Source: Bdellovibrionales bacterium (lineage in GTDB: Bacteria > Bdellovibrionota > Bdellovibrionia > Bdellovibrionales > UBA1609). From it: a DNA stretch of 64,000 bases. A model generated the notes under the pieces. It was not told where the DNA came from. It made no database searches and worked only from the letters and a program-made list of their open reading frames with translations. A program made the translations under genes and the position numbers. Numbering within the stretch: the stretch's first letter is position 1; the number at the start of each line of letters is the position of its first letter. The stretch lies in assembly GCA_965261545.1 (NCBI GenBank), contig CBDHDF010000002.1, forward strand, positions 643,016 through 707,015. Direction: 5' to 3'. Below, in pieces: positions 1 to 10,784 of the stretch.

Positions 1-325
1 TAAGGAAAAATCTGATTTTAGCTTCTCTTTGGATATCCCTGCTTTGTCCGCAAAGAGTTCATGAAGGGCTGCGGAGATAGAAAAGCCCCCGCCATGCCAA
101 TGAAGTGATTGAGAGAGCTTGGAAGAGCGGGCCACCGAGAGAGAGTCTTATTTGTACCCCAATGAGCACCCACAAATCCTCCAAAGGCGATGATGCCGTG
201 GAGAAGATTGGGTGAAAAAAATCATTTTTTGTGAATTTCTCTTGGACAAATAGTGGCTTTTCAGTATGATTTGAGAGTAGTGACCGCGAAGGTCAATAAC
301 ATCAATATACGGGGAGGAAGAATCC

Positions 326-865
326 ATGGCGAAGAAAAAAACAGCTACAAAAAAGAAGTCAACAAAGAAGAAAGTAGAAAGAAAGTCGACAACGAGGAAA
401 AAAGCAGCAAAGAAGTTGAGTCGAAAGGGAGCTTCTAAAAAGGCAATCACTGGAAAAAAAGCCACAAAGAAGAAGGCCACAAAGAAGAGCGTGACGGCTA
501 AAAGAGGGACTAAAAAGAAAACAAAGGCAGGAGTGAAGGTCAAAAAAAGCACGACCACAGCAAAAAAGTCCAAGGCAAAGAAAGCCACAAAGGCCGCAAA
601 AAAGACAAAGTTAAAAAGAAAGCCTAACCCCGCTTTTATGAAACCCTGGACCCCTAGTGAAGAACTTGCCGCTGTGGTGGGCCCCAAGCCTTTACCTCGA
701 ACTGAGGTCATGAAGAAGGTATGGGAGTACATTAAAGAGCATGACCTCCAAGATAGTAAAAAGCGTCGCAATATCAATGCAGATGAAGTTTTAAGGCCTG
801 TATTTGGTAAAAAGACCATCGACATGTTTGAATTGGCAGGACTTCTTGGCAAGCACCTAAGTTAG
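326..865 (+). CDS. SWIB/MDM2-domain protein with long histone H1-like Lys/Ala/Thr-rich N-terminal tail
   Basis: About 97 aa of KKA/KKT-rich sequence, then the SWIB signature (PNPAFMKP..PSEELAAVVG..RTEVMKKVWEYIKEHDLQD..RRNINAD); GA-rich RBS upstream. Confidence 0.92.
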   Translation: MAKKKTATKKKSTKKKVERKSTTRKKAAKKLSRKGASKKAITGKKATKKKATKKSVTAKRGTKKKTKAGVKVKKSTTTAKKSKAKKATKAAKKTKLKRKPNPAFMKPWTPSEELAAVVGPKPLPRTEVMKKVWEYIKEHDLQDSKKRRNINADEVLRPVFGKKTIDMFELAGLLGKHLS

Positions 866-899
866 GTTCTGTTAGGAGTTGTTCGTTAGATAGATAGAG

Positions 900-1799
900 A
901 TGAGTGCCTCCGCCTTTGACCTGATTTTTGACTTGCTTTTAAGGGCTCGAAGGGTTTTGAGGGCCTTTGGACAAGTTGGGTCAGGCAACAAAGCGCCCCT
1001 TGGATGTTGCATTCAGGCCATAATCTTGCTAGCTTTGGTTCCTATGACACCTCTTGCTGCCAATGAAATAAGTAAAATGGAAGGCTCTTGCCAACTTGCC
1101 GCAAGGACACTTGCCCATGTGGGCTCTTTCGTGAAAGAAGGCATGACCACCAATGAGTTGAACCAGATTGCCGACGATTTTATTCGGAGTCATGGTGCGA
1201 TTCCCGCCCCATTAAACTATCATGGTTTTCCCAAGTCTATTTGTACCTCGATCAATGAGTGTGTGTGCCATGGAGTTCCCAGTGAAGCTTCTTTAAAAGA
1301 GGGTGATATTATCAATATTGATGTCACTTGTATTTTAGATGGTTTTTTCGGGGACACATCTTCTATGTTTTTTGTGGGTACAGTGACAGAGCGGGCTAAG
1401 AGTCTTTCTGAATGTGCCTTGCAAGCGATGTGGGAGGGTATTGGTGCCCTTGGGCCTCAAGCGACGACAGGTGATGTTGGCTTTGCTGTGAACAAGTATG
1501 TGACAAGGCATGGTTTTTATGCCGTTCGAGATATTGGTGGTCACGGTATTGGAAAAGTCTTTCATGATGCTCCCTTTGTGCCCTCCCATGGCAAGAAGGG
1601 GCGTGGCCCCCAACTTAAACCTTGGTGCTGTTTGACAGTGGAGCCCATGGTCAATGAGGCCTCGGAGGACGTCATTGAGTTGAGTATTCCTAACTCTACC
1701 ATAAAATACTATGAAACCCGGGACAAAACTCTTTCAGCCCAATATGAACATACGATTATGATTACCGATTCAAGCTATGAGGTTTTAACACAACTATAG
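900..1799 (+). CDS. map: Type I methionine aminopeptidase (true start probably ATG 1044)
   Basis: GFPKSICTSINECVCHG, DVT..GDTS, GHGIG..H, EPM and QYEHT metal-ligand motifs. Confidence 0.95.
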   Translation: MSASAFDLIFDLLLRARRVLRAFGQVGSGNKAPLGCCIQAIILLALVPMTPLAANEISKMEGSCQLAARTLAHVGSFVKEGMTTNELNQIADDFIRSHGAIPAPLNYHGFPKSICTSINECVCHGVPSEASLKEGDIINIDVTCILDGFFGDTSSMFFVGTVTERAKSLSECALQAMWEGIGALGPQATTGDVGFAVNKYVTRHGFYAVRDIGGHGIGKVFHDAPFVPSHGKKGRGPQLKPWCCLTVEPMVNEASEDVIELSIPNSTIKYYETRDKTLSAQYEHTIMITDSSYEVLTQL

Positions 1800-1855
1800 T
1801 TCTTAAAAGTTCTTAAAAAAACTATCGTTTCTAAAGTGAAAAAGGAGTTAAGGAT

Positions 1856-3250
1856 ATGCAAGGCGTGGTTAATAGGACAGAGAAATTCACCAAATCAAAG
1901 AAAGCATTGGTTCAGCCACTGCAAAGTGAAAATGATTTTAGGGTTTGTGATGAGGCCATGGAGGACCCCAAGAGGTTTCAAGAGCTCGCTCGCTGGGGGC
2001 GCGAGGAAATCCAAATTGCTGAAACTGAGATGCCTGGACTTATGGCTCTTCGAAAGGAATACAAAGACAAACAGCCCTTAAAGGGGACACGCATTTCAGG
2101 CTGCTTGCACATGACGATTCAAACAGCTGTGCTCATAGAAACACTCAGGGTTCTAGGGGCTGAAGTTCGGTGGAGTTCCTGTAATATCTACTCCACCCAA
2201 GACCATGCTGCGGTGGCTATGGCAGCGGCAAGAGTTCCTGTATTTGCATGGAAAGGTGAAACAGAGGAAGAATTTAATTGGTGTATTGAGCAAACGATCA
2301 CTGGGTGGGGGCCTACAGGCTACAACCTCATTTTGGATGATGGTGGTGATTTAACCAATATGATGCACGAAGAGCGTTTTGCAGCGGAGATGAAAAACAT
2401 TGTTGGTCTCTCTGAGGAAACCACCACAGGGGTTCACAATCTTGTGAAGCTCCATAGGGAGGGGCGACTTAAGGTTCCATCCATCAATGTCAATGACTCT
2501 GTGACCAAATCTAAGTTTGATAATTTGTATGGGTGTCGTGAATCCTTAGCTGATGGTATCAAGCGAGCCACGGATGTGATGATCGCAGGAAAGGTGATTG
2601 TTATTGCAGGTTATGGGGATGTGGGTAAGGGCTGTGCTCACTCCATGCGTTCCTATGGGGCACGAGTGCTTATCACTGAAATTGATCCTATCTGTGCCCT
2701 CCAAGCGGCCATGGAAGGCTTTGAGGTGCTCACCATGGATCAGGCTCTGCAACAGGCTGATATTTACGTCACAGCCACAGGTTGCTGTGATATTATTTCT
2801 GCGCCTCATTTTATGAAGATGAAAGCAGGTGCCATTGTTTGCAATATTGGCCACTTTGACATTGAAATTGACATGGCCTGGCTGAGTGCTCACACAAAGG
2901 TACGAGAGGTCAAGCCCCAGGTAGACCTCCATACCTTTAAAGATGGTCGTGAGATTATTGTCTTAGCCAAGGGGCGTTTAGTGAACTTGGGTTGTGCTAC
3001 GGGACATCCTAGTTTTGTCATGAGCCACTCTTTTACAAATCAAGTGATGGCTCAGATTGATCTTTGGACCCACAAAGAAAAGTATCAAGATGTGGGGGTT
3101 TATGTCTTATCCAAGGAATTGGATGAAAAGGTGGCTTTTCTTCATCTGGAAAAGCTGGGGGTTCATCTCACCACTTTGTCTGATAAACAATCCCAGTACT
3201 TGGAAATTCCTAAATCGGGTCCCTTTAAGCCCGACCACTACAGGTACTAG
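1856..3250 (+). CDS. ahcY: Adenosylhomocysteinase
   Basis: [51 protein letters not shown] and C-terminal [10 protein letters not shown]. Confidence 0.98.
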   Translation: MQGVVNRTEKFTKSKKALVQPLQSENDFRVCDEAMEDPKRFQELARWGREEIQIAETEMPGLMALRKEYKDKQPLKGTRISGCLHMTIQTAVLIETLRVLGAEVRWSSCNIYSTQDHAAVAMAAARVPVFAWKGETEEEFNWCIEQTITGWGPTGYNLILDDGGDLTNMMHEERFAAEMKNIVGLSEETTTGVHNLVKLHREGRLKVPSINVNDSVTKSKFDNLYGCRESLADGIKRATDVMIAGKVIVIAGYGDVGKGCAHSMRSYGARVLITEIDPICALQAAMEGFEVLTMDQALQQADIYVTATGCCDIISAPHFMKMKAGAIVCNIGHFDIEIDMAWLSAHTKVREVKPQVDLHTFKDGREIIVLAKGRLVNLGCATGHPSFVMSHSFTNQVMAQIDLWTHKEKYQDVGVYVLSKELDEKVAFLHLEKLGVHLTTLSDKQSQYLEIPKSGPFKPDHYRY

Positions 3251-3377
3251 GAGAGATGAGGTGACTTCTTGTGCATTGTGTCTTGTTATCGATAATTTTG
3301 AGGTTATTCGTTAGGTTTTATGATACTCCTTTGCATTCAGTCACTGTGCAACTGCGTATGAGAGGTCTAGGTATTTT

Positions 3378-4007
3378 ATGAAAAAACCAGGTAAAGTCGC
3401 TCGTTATAAGATTCAACGTCGTCTAGGAATGGAGCTTCCCGGTCTTGGGAAGCCTGGGGCTTTGGAGCGTCGCCCCTATCCTCCGGGTGAAAAGGGAAAT
3501 CGTCGGCGTAAATATTCGGATTTTGCCCTCCACCTTGAGGAGAAGCAAAAAGTTCGTTTTCACTATGAGTTGAGGGAGGAGCAACTTCGTCACTTTATCC
3601 GCCGGGCCAAGCATGGGCGTGGGGCTAATTGGGTTAGTAAGTTGGCGGGTCTTCTTGAGTGTCGTCTTGACAATGTGGTTTTTCGCCTGGGTTACGCTCC
3701 CAGTATTCGATCAGCTCGACAGCTTATTAGCCATGGTCACCTTCGTGTCAATGGTCAAAAGGTCAATATTTCATCTTTTATTTGTTCCGTGGGTGATAAG
3801 GTTTCCATAGCTTCTAAGGCCAAGGAAAATCAAATTGTTTTACAAGCTCAAAAGAGCCCTCGTTTAGAAATTCCAGACTTTCTTCGAAAAGAGGAGGATT
3901 CTGGAGAAGAAATGGGTATTCTCCAAAACACTCCTGGTACAGAGCATATTCCATTTGCCTTTGATGCTGGCTTGTTTACGGAATATTATGCTGCGCGTAA
4001 GGTTTAG
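3378..4007 (+). CDS. rpsD: 30S ribosomal protein S4, stand-alone copy without the Zn-ribbon cysteines
   Basis: RRPYPPG, EKQK.RFHY, LE.RLDNVVFRLG, ARQLISHGH; not next to rpsK/rpoA. Confidence 0.93.
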   Translation: MKKPGKVARYKIQRRLGMELPGLGKPGALERRPYPPGEKGNRRRKYSDFALHLEEKQKVRFHYELREEQLRHFIRRAKHGRGANWVSKLAGLLECRLDNVVFRLGYAPSIRSARQLISHGHLRVNGQKVNISSFICSVGDKVSIASKAKENQIVLQAQKSPRLEIPDFLRKEEDSGEEMGILQNTPGTEHIPFAFDAGLFTEYYAARKV

Positions 4008-4320
4008 TGAGATAGACTCTTCTCACTTATAAAGAGATATTTTAAATATTCATGATTTTTTCTCGTGATAATGAACACTAGTCATGGTGACCGACTAGGT
4101 CGCACATTTCTTTTGTGAAAGCAGTACCTCCTAAAATAATGCATCGCAGAAATCTCCCCCTGCTCATTGAAGCCTTTCAAAGTCCCAAAGACACTTGAGG
4201 CCTAAGAACTAGAAATGTATACTTAATGAAGATTAAAAAGGGGCATCAAAAGCAAAAAAGACTTCTCAGACCCCTTAAAAAAAGAGTGGCTTCATGCTTT
4301 AGGAGCAAAATATCAATTCA

Positions 4321-5961
4321 ATGTCAGCATCAACAGAAAATAAGCAAGAAGATAATGAAAGATACGGCCATGAATTATTTATTGGCCTTGTTGGGGCAAC
4401 AGGTTCAGACTTAGCTTCTGTGGAATCCTATATTAAAGACATACTCTCCAATTTTGAATATAAAATGACAGGCATCAAATTTAGTAGTTTTTTTGAATCT
4501 GAAGAAAGTCTTATCAAAAAATTTTTAACTCAAAAGGATATTGAAATTGATAGAACGAACTCAACGAATTCTTTTAATAAAATTTATTCTCAAATGGAAG
4601 CTGGCAATAAAATTCGATCTGGAACGCAGGATAATTCTATTTTGTCGGGATATGCTATCGGAGAAATTAATAGAAAAAGAATAAAAGAAGTAGATCAGAA
4701 AACCAAAACACATAAACCTATTATTTCTGAGTATAGCGCTTACCTCTTCAATTCTCTCAAACACCCTGATGAGTCTAAACTTTTGCAAAAGACTTACGGA
4801 GCTTCATATTATCAGATCAGCGTTTTTTCTTCTGAAAAACAAAGAGCTTCTTATTTACTTACAAAGAAGGGTATCCAAAAATTGTCTGATGTCTACAAAT
4901 TGATAGAAAAGGACATCTCTGAAGATGATGATTTTGGCCAACAAACAAGAGACACTTTTCATTTATCCGATTTTTTTATAAAACATGATCATGAAAATGA
5001 AGATGAAACAAGACGACAATTAGAAAGAATTTTTGATTTAATATTTGGACACCCCCATATAACTCCTACAATTGATGAGCATATGATGTATATGGCCTAT
5101 GCTTACTCCACGAGATCAGCAGATCTTTCACGCCAAGTAGGAGCCGTAATTGCAAATGAGTCTGGAGATATCTCAGGTCTCGGCTCCAATGATGTGCCAA
5201 GATATGGTGGTGGTCCATACTGGCCTTGCCCAAAGACAAATAATAACTTGGACTGGCGTGATTATAAAAAAGGTGAAGATGCCAATCAGATAAATAAAAA
5301 TAAAATGATAGTAGACGTAGTAAAAAATATAAAAAAGGAATTCAAAGAAATCATAGATGATATGGAACTTCATGAAGATGAGAAAAAGAAGCTTCTTGAT
5401 CATTTTGAAGACAGTAGCCCAGAAGATGGTTCTCTCCTTGAAATAGGAAAGAAATACTTTAAAGGAACTGACTTCCTTGACATAAGTGAGTTTGGTCGAG
5501 CAACACATGCTGAAATGTCAGCTATTTTAAATTGCTCAAGAAATGGTGTTATCCCCAAAGGAAAGATATTATACTGCACAACTTTTCCCTGTCATAATTG
5601 TGCCAAACATATTGTCGATGCAGGAATTAAAAAAGTTTTCTTTGTTGAACCGTATCCAAAAAGCAAAGCTCAAGTTCTACATAATGATGCTATTTCTTTT
5701 GAAGAGCATAAAGAAGGCAAAGTCATTTTTGATCACTTTATAGGGGTTGCTGCAAGGAAGTATCTGGATTTATTCTCATTAAAATTAGGTATGGGAGAAT
5801 CTCCACCAAGAAAAGATAAGAAAACAGGAAAAATAAATAAATTTGACAGAAAGACTTCTAACATTAAGGTGCATGGACATGTACACAAATATTTAGAAGA
5901 CGAAGAAAATGCTGTGGCATCTTTTAAAGAAATAATTGAAGAACTTAGGAAAAAGAAATGA
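4321..5961 (+). CDS. Anti-phage dCTP deaminase (P-loop kinase-like plus Zn deaminase; Dcd/AvcD family)
   Basis: N-terminal ELFIGLVGATGS, SLKHPDE, GQQTRDTFHLSDFF, RSADLSRQVGA, HAEMSA and TTFPCHNC motifs; visibly AT-rich. Confidence 0.93.
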   Translation: MSASTENKQEDNERYGHELFIGLVGATGSDLASVESYIKDILSNFEYKMTGIKFSSFFESEESLIKKFLTQKDIEIDRTNSTNSFNKIYSQMEAGNKIRSGTQDNSILSGYAIGEINRKRIKEVDQKTKTHKPIISEYSAYLFNSLKHPDESKLLQKTYGASYYQISVFSSEKQRASYLLTKKGIQKLSDVYKLIEKDISEDDDFGQQTRDTFHLSDFFIKHDHENEDETRRQLERIFDLIFGHPHITPTIDEHMMYMAYAYSTRSADLSRQVGAVIANESGDISGLGSNDVPRYGGGPYWPCPKTNNNLDWRDYKKGEDANQINKNKMIVDVVKNIKKEFKEIIDDMELHEDEKKKLLDHFEDSSPEDGSLLEIGKKYFKGTDFLDISEFGRATHAEMSAILNCSRNGVIPKGKILYCTTFPCHNCAKHIVDAGIKKVFFVEPYPKSKAQVLHNDAISFEEHKEGKVIFDHFIGVAARKYLDLFSLKLGMGESPPRKDKKTGKINKFDRKTSNIKVHGHVHKYLEDEENAVASFKEIIEELRKKK

Positions 5962-6398
5962 GTGAAGTAGATAAAATTAAATATGATGACAATGATGATT
6001 TATTTTCTTTAGAGTCTCAAAGGAATAAAGCCAATGGCACCTTCACTACCCACAATGAAAAATTTAAGAAAAAAAATGTAGATAACAATAAAGATTTCGA
6101 ATCAGAAAATCTAGAAGATACTTCTCTTTCTTTTGAAGAAAATGTTCGTCGTGCCGTAGGAGAAGTCTCTAATTGGCCAGCTTGGAAGCTAAAACACATG
6201 CGATCATCCTTTTCTGAAAAAAGAGAATGGAAAATCAAGGGGAAAGACTATCAGTTAGAAAATACTCCCCTTTCTTTTGAAGAAAATGTTCGTCGTGCCG
6301 TAGGAGAAGTCTCTAATTGGCCAGCTTGGAAGCTAAAACACATGCGATCATCCTTTTCTGAAAAAAGAGAATGGAAAATCAAGGGGAAAAAGTATTAA
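5958..6398 (+). CDS. Small hypothetical protein with a tandemly duplicated 48-aa unit, translationally coupled to the dCTP deaminase
   Basis: ATGA start/stop overlap at 5958-5961; SFEENVRRAVGEVSNWPAWKLKHMRSSFSEKREWKIKGK occurs twice. Confidence 0.7.
   Translation: MSEVDKIKYDDNDDLFSLESQRNKANGTFTTHNEKFKKKNVDNNKDFESENLEDTSLSFEENVRRAVGEVSNWPAWKLKHMRSSFSEKREWKIKGKDYQLENTPLSFEENVRRAVGEVSNWPAWKLKHMRSSFSEKREWKIKGKKY
6126..6389 (+). repeat. 144-bp-period direct repeat with about 120 bp identical between copies
   Basis: ctttcttttgaagaaaatgttcgtcg...aatcaaggggaaa at 6126-6245 and 6270-6389. Confidence 0.95.
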
Positions 6399-6658
6399 TT
6401 ATAATTGATAAATTTATTCCATGAGCTATTGCGAGAACGAAATAATTGCCCTCACCCATCGACCACGAAAATAACTTCTGTAGACATTGTCTATTTCGAT
6501 TTACCGGTTCAATGAGCCGTGGACTTGATTCATTCTGTCAGAAATTTCCATAGCCATAAAGGCAGGATAAGACTCTATGTGTCATTCAAGGTCCAGAGGC
6601 CCAGTTCAGAGTCAAAGGATGCGAAGAAGAGAGGCCCAAGAGGCAGAGCCTCTCCCAC

Positions 6659-7975
6659 TTATCTTATGTGTGTGAGTCCCCCTGTGTAGGGGTGGAGGGC
6701 TTTGGGGATTTTAACACTTCCATCTTTTTGCTGATAGTTTTCGAGAATGGCGATGAGAGCTCTTCCAATGGCGAGCCCAGACCCATTGATAGTGTGAACA
6801 AACTGAGGTTTTACTTTCGCCCCTCTATCCCTGTCCCTAAAGCGAATATTGGCTCTGCGTGCCTGGAAATCTTCAAAGACAGAGCAAGAGCTTATTTCTC
6901 TGTAGGCTTTTTGACCGGGAAGCCATACCTCTAGGTCGTAGCACTTTGAGGCTCCGAAACCGATATCTCCCGTGCATAAAGCCGAGACTCGGTAGGGAAG
7001 CTCTAGTTTTTGTAGAATTGCTTCGGCATCTGTAGTTAACATTTCAAGTTCATTATAGGATTCATTGGGGTGAACAAACTTTAAAAGTTCCACTTTGTTA
7101 AATTGGTGTTGGCGAATGAGCCCTCGGGTATCTCTTCCATAACTGCCAGCCTCCGAGCGAAAGCAAGGCGAATAGGCCACAAATCTTTGAGGTAAATCAT
7201 CCACGGAAAGAATCTCTTCTGCAAACATATTGGTGACAGGGACCTCTGCTGTGGGTACGAGGTAGTAATCTGTTCCATCCAAATGAAAGACGTCTTCCTT
7301 AAATTTGGGGAATTGGCCCGCTCCAAACATGGAGTGGCTATTGACCACAAAAGGGGGAATCACTTCAACATAGCCGTGCTCTCTGACATGAATATCCATC
7401 ATAAACTGGATGAGAGATCTTTCCAAAAGAGCTGCTGGACCCTTTAAAAAGACAAACCTTGCCCCTGTCACCTTACTTGCTCGTCCAAAATCTAAGATGT
7501 CCAACTTTTCACCGAGTTCAAAGTGTTCTTTGGCTTCAAAGTCAAAGGAAGGGAGTTGCCCCACAGACCTTAAAACTTGGTTCTCTGCCTCAGAGGCTCC
7601 TATGGGAGTTGTATGGTGACATATATTGGGAAGTTGGCTCAGGTGCTCCTTCAACTCAAAGGCTACTTTCTCCATATCCTTGGCCATTTCTTTGATCTTT
7701 CGGCTCAATGTTTTCATTTCTGTAAGCACTTCTGGGGGAGGGGCTTTTTTCTCTTTTTTTAAGTTGGCGAAGTCCTGTCCCACTTTGTTTTGGTGGGCTC
7801 TGGCCCTCTCCATTTCACCAATGAGTGTTTTTCGTTTGCCATTGATTTCAAGGAGATTGTGAATTTCCAGAGGATCCATCCCTCGGTTTTTCAAGGTGAG
7901 TTTATAGTCTTCTATAAATGTTCGTCCCGTTTCTGGAAGAGGATTTTCATCATCTAATTTCTTGAGGTCAATCAT
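6659..7975 (-). CDS. serS: Seryl-tRNA synthetase
   Basis: [46 protein letters not shown]. Confidence 0.98.
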   Translation of the reverse strand: MIDLKKLDDENPLPETGRTFIEDYKLTLKNRGMDPLEIHNLLEINGKRKTLIGEMERARAHQNKVGQDFANLKKEKKAPPPEVLTEMKTLSRKIKEMAKDMEKVAFELKEHLSQLPNICHHTTPIGASEAENQVLRSVGQLPSFDFEAKEHFELGEKLDILDFGRASKVTGARFVFLKGPAALLERSLIQFMMDIHVREHGYVEVIPPFVVNSHSMFGAGQFPKFKEDVFHLDGTDYYLVPTAEVPVTNMFAEEILSVDDLPQRFVAYSPCFRSEAGSYGRDTRGLIRQHQFNKVELLKFVHPNESYNELEMLTTDAEAILQKLELPYRVSALCTGDIGFGASKCYDLEVWLPGQKAYREISSCSVFEDFQARRANIRFRDRDRGAKVKPQFVHTINGSGLAIGRALIAILENYQQKDGSVKIPKALHPYTGGLTHIR

Positions 7976-8103
7976 AGCACTTGCCCTATGTGTTCAATGC
8001 ACCAAGCCCAATGTAGTTCAGTGTAGTTCAATATGGTATTGGTGTATTGATTCTATGTATAACTCTATGTATATTCAATTCAATGTATATATGTATATTC
8101 AAT

Positions 8104-8397
8104 TTAATTCAATGAAGATTGAATATACATCTTAAGGAGGAGGGCTATCAAGACACAAATGAAGTCAAAAATAAGGACGCTGGGAAGTCTCCAAGTCTGG
8201 GAAATTTTCATGAAAATACCGATGGTCACAACGGTGATAAAAGTGAAGCTGAGTTGATCGTAGCCAAGGATTTCTTGTCCAATGAGAGAGAGGGTGAGGC
8301 CAATAATTAAGCCTGTAAAGAGTTTAAGTGAATAAAACCCAAGGTGACTTGAGGTGTTTTTTACTTTCATATTGAGTTTGCCGGCCCATTCGGACAT
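8104..8397 (-). CDS. Small membrane protein of unknown function (about 3 TM segments)
   Basis: Three hydrophobic segments; AAGGTGAGG RBS upstream. Confidence 0.65.
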   Translation of the reverse strand: MSEWAGKLNMKVKNTSSHLGFYSLKLFTGLIIGLTLSLIGQEILGYDQLSFTFITVVTIGIFMKISQTWRLPSVLIFDFICVLIALLLKMYIQSSLN

Positions 8398-8573
8398 ATT
8401 TCCTCACCTTTCTGACCTTCATTGATTGCCTTATCTTCGTTGTTGTTTTTTCTTGCCTTATCTTATCTTGTCTTGCCTCTCAATGCTCTTTAAAGGATAC
8501 TTAACTTTATTGTAGTCCTTTATGGGTGAGAGATGCAATCCCTTGGATATCATAGGTGCTTCATAGTTGGTAG

Positions 8574-10784
8574 TTGGAGCTAGAGGAGGGGTTCATGTCT
8601 ATCATAAAGAGTCATAGAGACTGCCATCAGGGGGGGCACCGTGGCCTTCGTGGCCACCATAAAAAAAACTTTCAAATAGTCACGCCTTTTCAACCATCGG
8701 GAGATCAGCCCAAGGCTATTGCCCAAATGGTGGGAAATATTCGTGAAGGGGCTTTTCATCAAACTCTTTTAGGAGTGACAGGGTCTGGAAAAACTTTTTC
8801 CATGGCAAAGGTTATTGAAGAATTGAATCTTCCCACCCTTGTTTTGGCGCCCAACAAGACCTTGGCGGCTCAGCTTTACGCTGAGTTTAAGGAGCTTTTT
8901 CCCCACAATGCCGTGGAGTATTTTGTTTCCTACTACGATTACTACCAGCCTGAAGCTTATATCCCCTCCACCGGTACATTTATTGAAAAGGATTCTTCCA
9001 TCAATGAGCAGATTGATCGTATGCGACATTCTGCCACTCGCTCCCTTTTGGATCGTCGAGATGTGATTATTGTGAGCAGTGTTTCTTGTATTTATGGTCT
9101 TGGAAGTCCCGAAGTCTATGAAGGCATGCTCATCCAAGTTGTGGCGGGGACAGACATGCAAAGAGATCACCTGTTGCGGGAACTTATTCGGATTCAGTAC
9201 AAGCGTAACGACCTAGACTTTCATCGTGGCACTTTTCGCGTCCGTGGGGATGTGGTGGATATTCACCCCCCCTATGAAGAGGATCGAGTTCTTCGTTTGG
9301 AGTTCTTTGGTGATTTTATTGAGAAGCTGTCTTGGGTGGATCCCCTCCGAGGACAAGCCTTAGAGGAAGTGGATCAGGCAGCTATTTACCCGGGAAGTCA
9401 TTATGTGAGTTCTGATGAAAAAATACACATGGCCATTGAGACCATTCGAGAAGAGCTTCGTGAGCGCATTCAGTATTTTCGAGATGAAATTGAACATGGG
9501 AAAGCCGAGCGCATTGAGCAAAGAACTCTTTACGATTTGGAAATTATGCAAGAGATGGGATTTTGTTCGGGCATTGAAAATTATTCGAGACACCTGACAG
9601 GTCGTGCTTCGGGAGATCCTCCCCCCACCTTGTTGGAATATTTTCCCCAAGAGTTCTTAACTTTTGTGGATGAGAGCCATGTGACGATTCCTCAGATTGG
9701 TGGCATGTACCGGGGGGATCGGGCGAGAAAGCAAACTTTGGTGGAACATGGTTTTCGCCTGCCTTCGGCCCTTGACAATCGTCCCCTTCATTTTCAAGAG
9801 TTTGAAAAGTATGCGGATAAAGTAGTTTATGTTTCTGCCACCCCAGGTGACTATGAGTTCAAAAAGAGCGAAGGCTTGGTGGTGGAGCAAATCATTCGCC
9901 CCACGGGTCTTATTGACCCCATGGTGGAGGTGCGCCCTGTGGTTCATCAAGTGGATGACTTACTTGCAGAAATTGTGAAGAGAGGGGAGCGCAACGAGAG
10001 AGTCCTTGTGACCACTCTTACAAAAAGAAGTGCTGAAGAGCTTACGGACTATTACGAAGGTTTGGGGGTCAAGGTGAAGTATCTTCATAGCGATATTCAC
10101 ACCATTGAAAGAACGGAACTTATTCGTGATCTTCGCTTGGGAGTTTTTGATGTTCTCGTTGGAATCAACCTTTTGCGGGAGGGGCTTGATCTGCCCGAAG
10201 TGAGTCTTGTTGCCATTACAGATGCCGATAAGGAGGGTTTTTTGCGTTCGGAGCGATCTCTCATTCAGACCATTGGGAGAGCTGCACGAAATGTCGAAGG
10301 GCATGTGATTCTCTATGCAGATAAGGTCACAAAATCCATGGAGTCGGCTATGTCTGAGACCCAGAGGCGCCGAAAAATTCAGAAAAAACATAATGAGGTC
10401 ATGGGAATTGTTCCACAAACTGTGCAAAAATCCATGGGTAGGGGGCTCGTGGATGTTTACAGTGCTGAGCCCAGAGACGCAGGGGGGCTTGCTGTGGCCT
10501 CTTTCAGTCCTCCCTATCAGTCTAGAAAATCTCCATCTAAGAAGTCTCTATCTAAAAAGAAAGGGTCTCAAAAGAATTGTACCAAAGGCTTAGCCAAGGA
10601 GATTGCAAAATTACGCCGACAGATGAAGAAGCATTCAGATCGTCTCGAGTTTGAGGAAGCTGCCAAAACAAGAGATGAAATCAAGCGTTTGGAGATGATG
10701 GAGCTTGCCGGTCTTTCAGGGGCTATTGAAGAAGAGTCCTTGGCGGTGATATCCCATGGGTTGAAGGAGGGGGAGGGAGAGTGA
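8574..10784 (+). CDS. uvrB: Excinuclease ABC subunit B (likely start ATG 8595)
   Basis: [38 protein letters not shown] and C-terminal UVR domain. Confidence 0.98.
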   Translation: MELEEGFMSIIKSHRDCHQGGHRGLRGHHKKNFQIVTPFQPSGDQPKAIAQMVGNIREGAFHQTLLGVTGSGKTFSMAKVIEELNLPTLVLAPNKTLAAQLYAEFKELFPHNAVEYFVSYYDYYQPEAYIPSTGTFIEKDSSINEQIDRMRHSATRSLLDRRDVIIVSSVSCIYGLGSPEVYEGMLIQVVAGTDMQRDHLLRELIRIQYKRNDLDFHRGTFRVRGDVVDIHPPYEEDRVLRLEFFGDFIEKLSWVDPLRGQALEEVDQAAIYPGSHYVSSDEKIHMAIETIREELRERIQYFRDEIEHGKAERIEQRTLYDLEIMQEMGFCSGIENYSRHLTGRASGDPPPTLLEYFPQEFLTFVDESHVTIPQIGGMYRGDRARKQTLVEHGFRLPSALDNRPLHFQEFEKYADKVVYVSATPGDYEFKKSEGLVVEQIIRPTGLIDPMVEVRPVVHQVDDLLAEIVKRGERNERVLVTTLTKRSAEELTDYYEGLGVKVKYLHSDIHTIERTELIRDLRLGVFDVLVGINLLREGLDLPEVSLVAITDADKEGFLRSERSLIQTIGRAARNVEGHVILYADKVTKSMESAMSETQRRRKIQKKHNEVMGIVPQTVQKSMGRGLVDVYSAEPRDAGGLAVASFSPPYQSRKSPSKKSLSKKKGSQKNCTKGLAKEIAKLRRQMKKHSDRLEFEEAAKTRDEIKRLEMMELAGLSGAIEEESLAVISHGLKEGEGE

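Noticed and set aside
1-225. Possible minus-strand gene running off the left edge
   Set aside because: Only a short open stretch, with an in-frame stop at 148 and no recognisable motif
148-852. 234-aa Phe/Ala-rich minus ORF that looks like a membrane protein
   Set aside because: Antisense shadow of the Lys/Ala-rich SWIB gene
4226-4414. 62-aa ORF upstream of the deaminase as a possible antitoxin
   Set aside because: Overlaps the deaminase out of frame and has no clear RBS or motif
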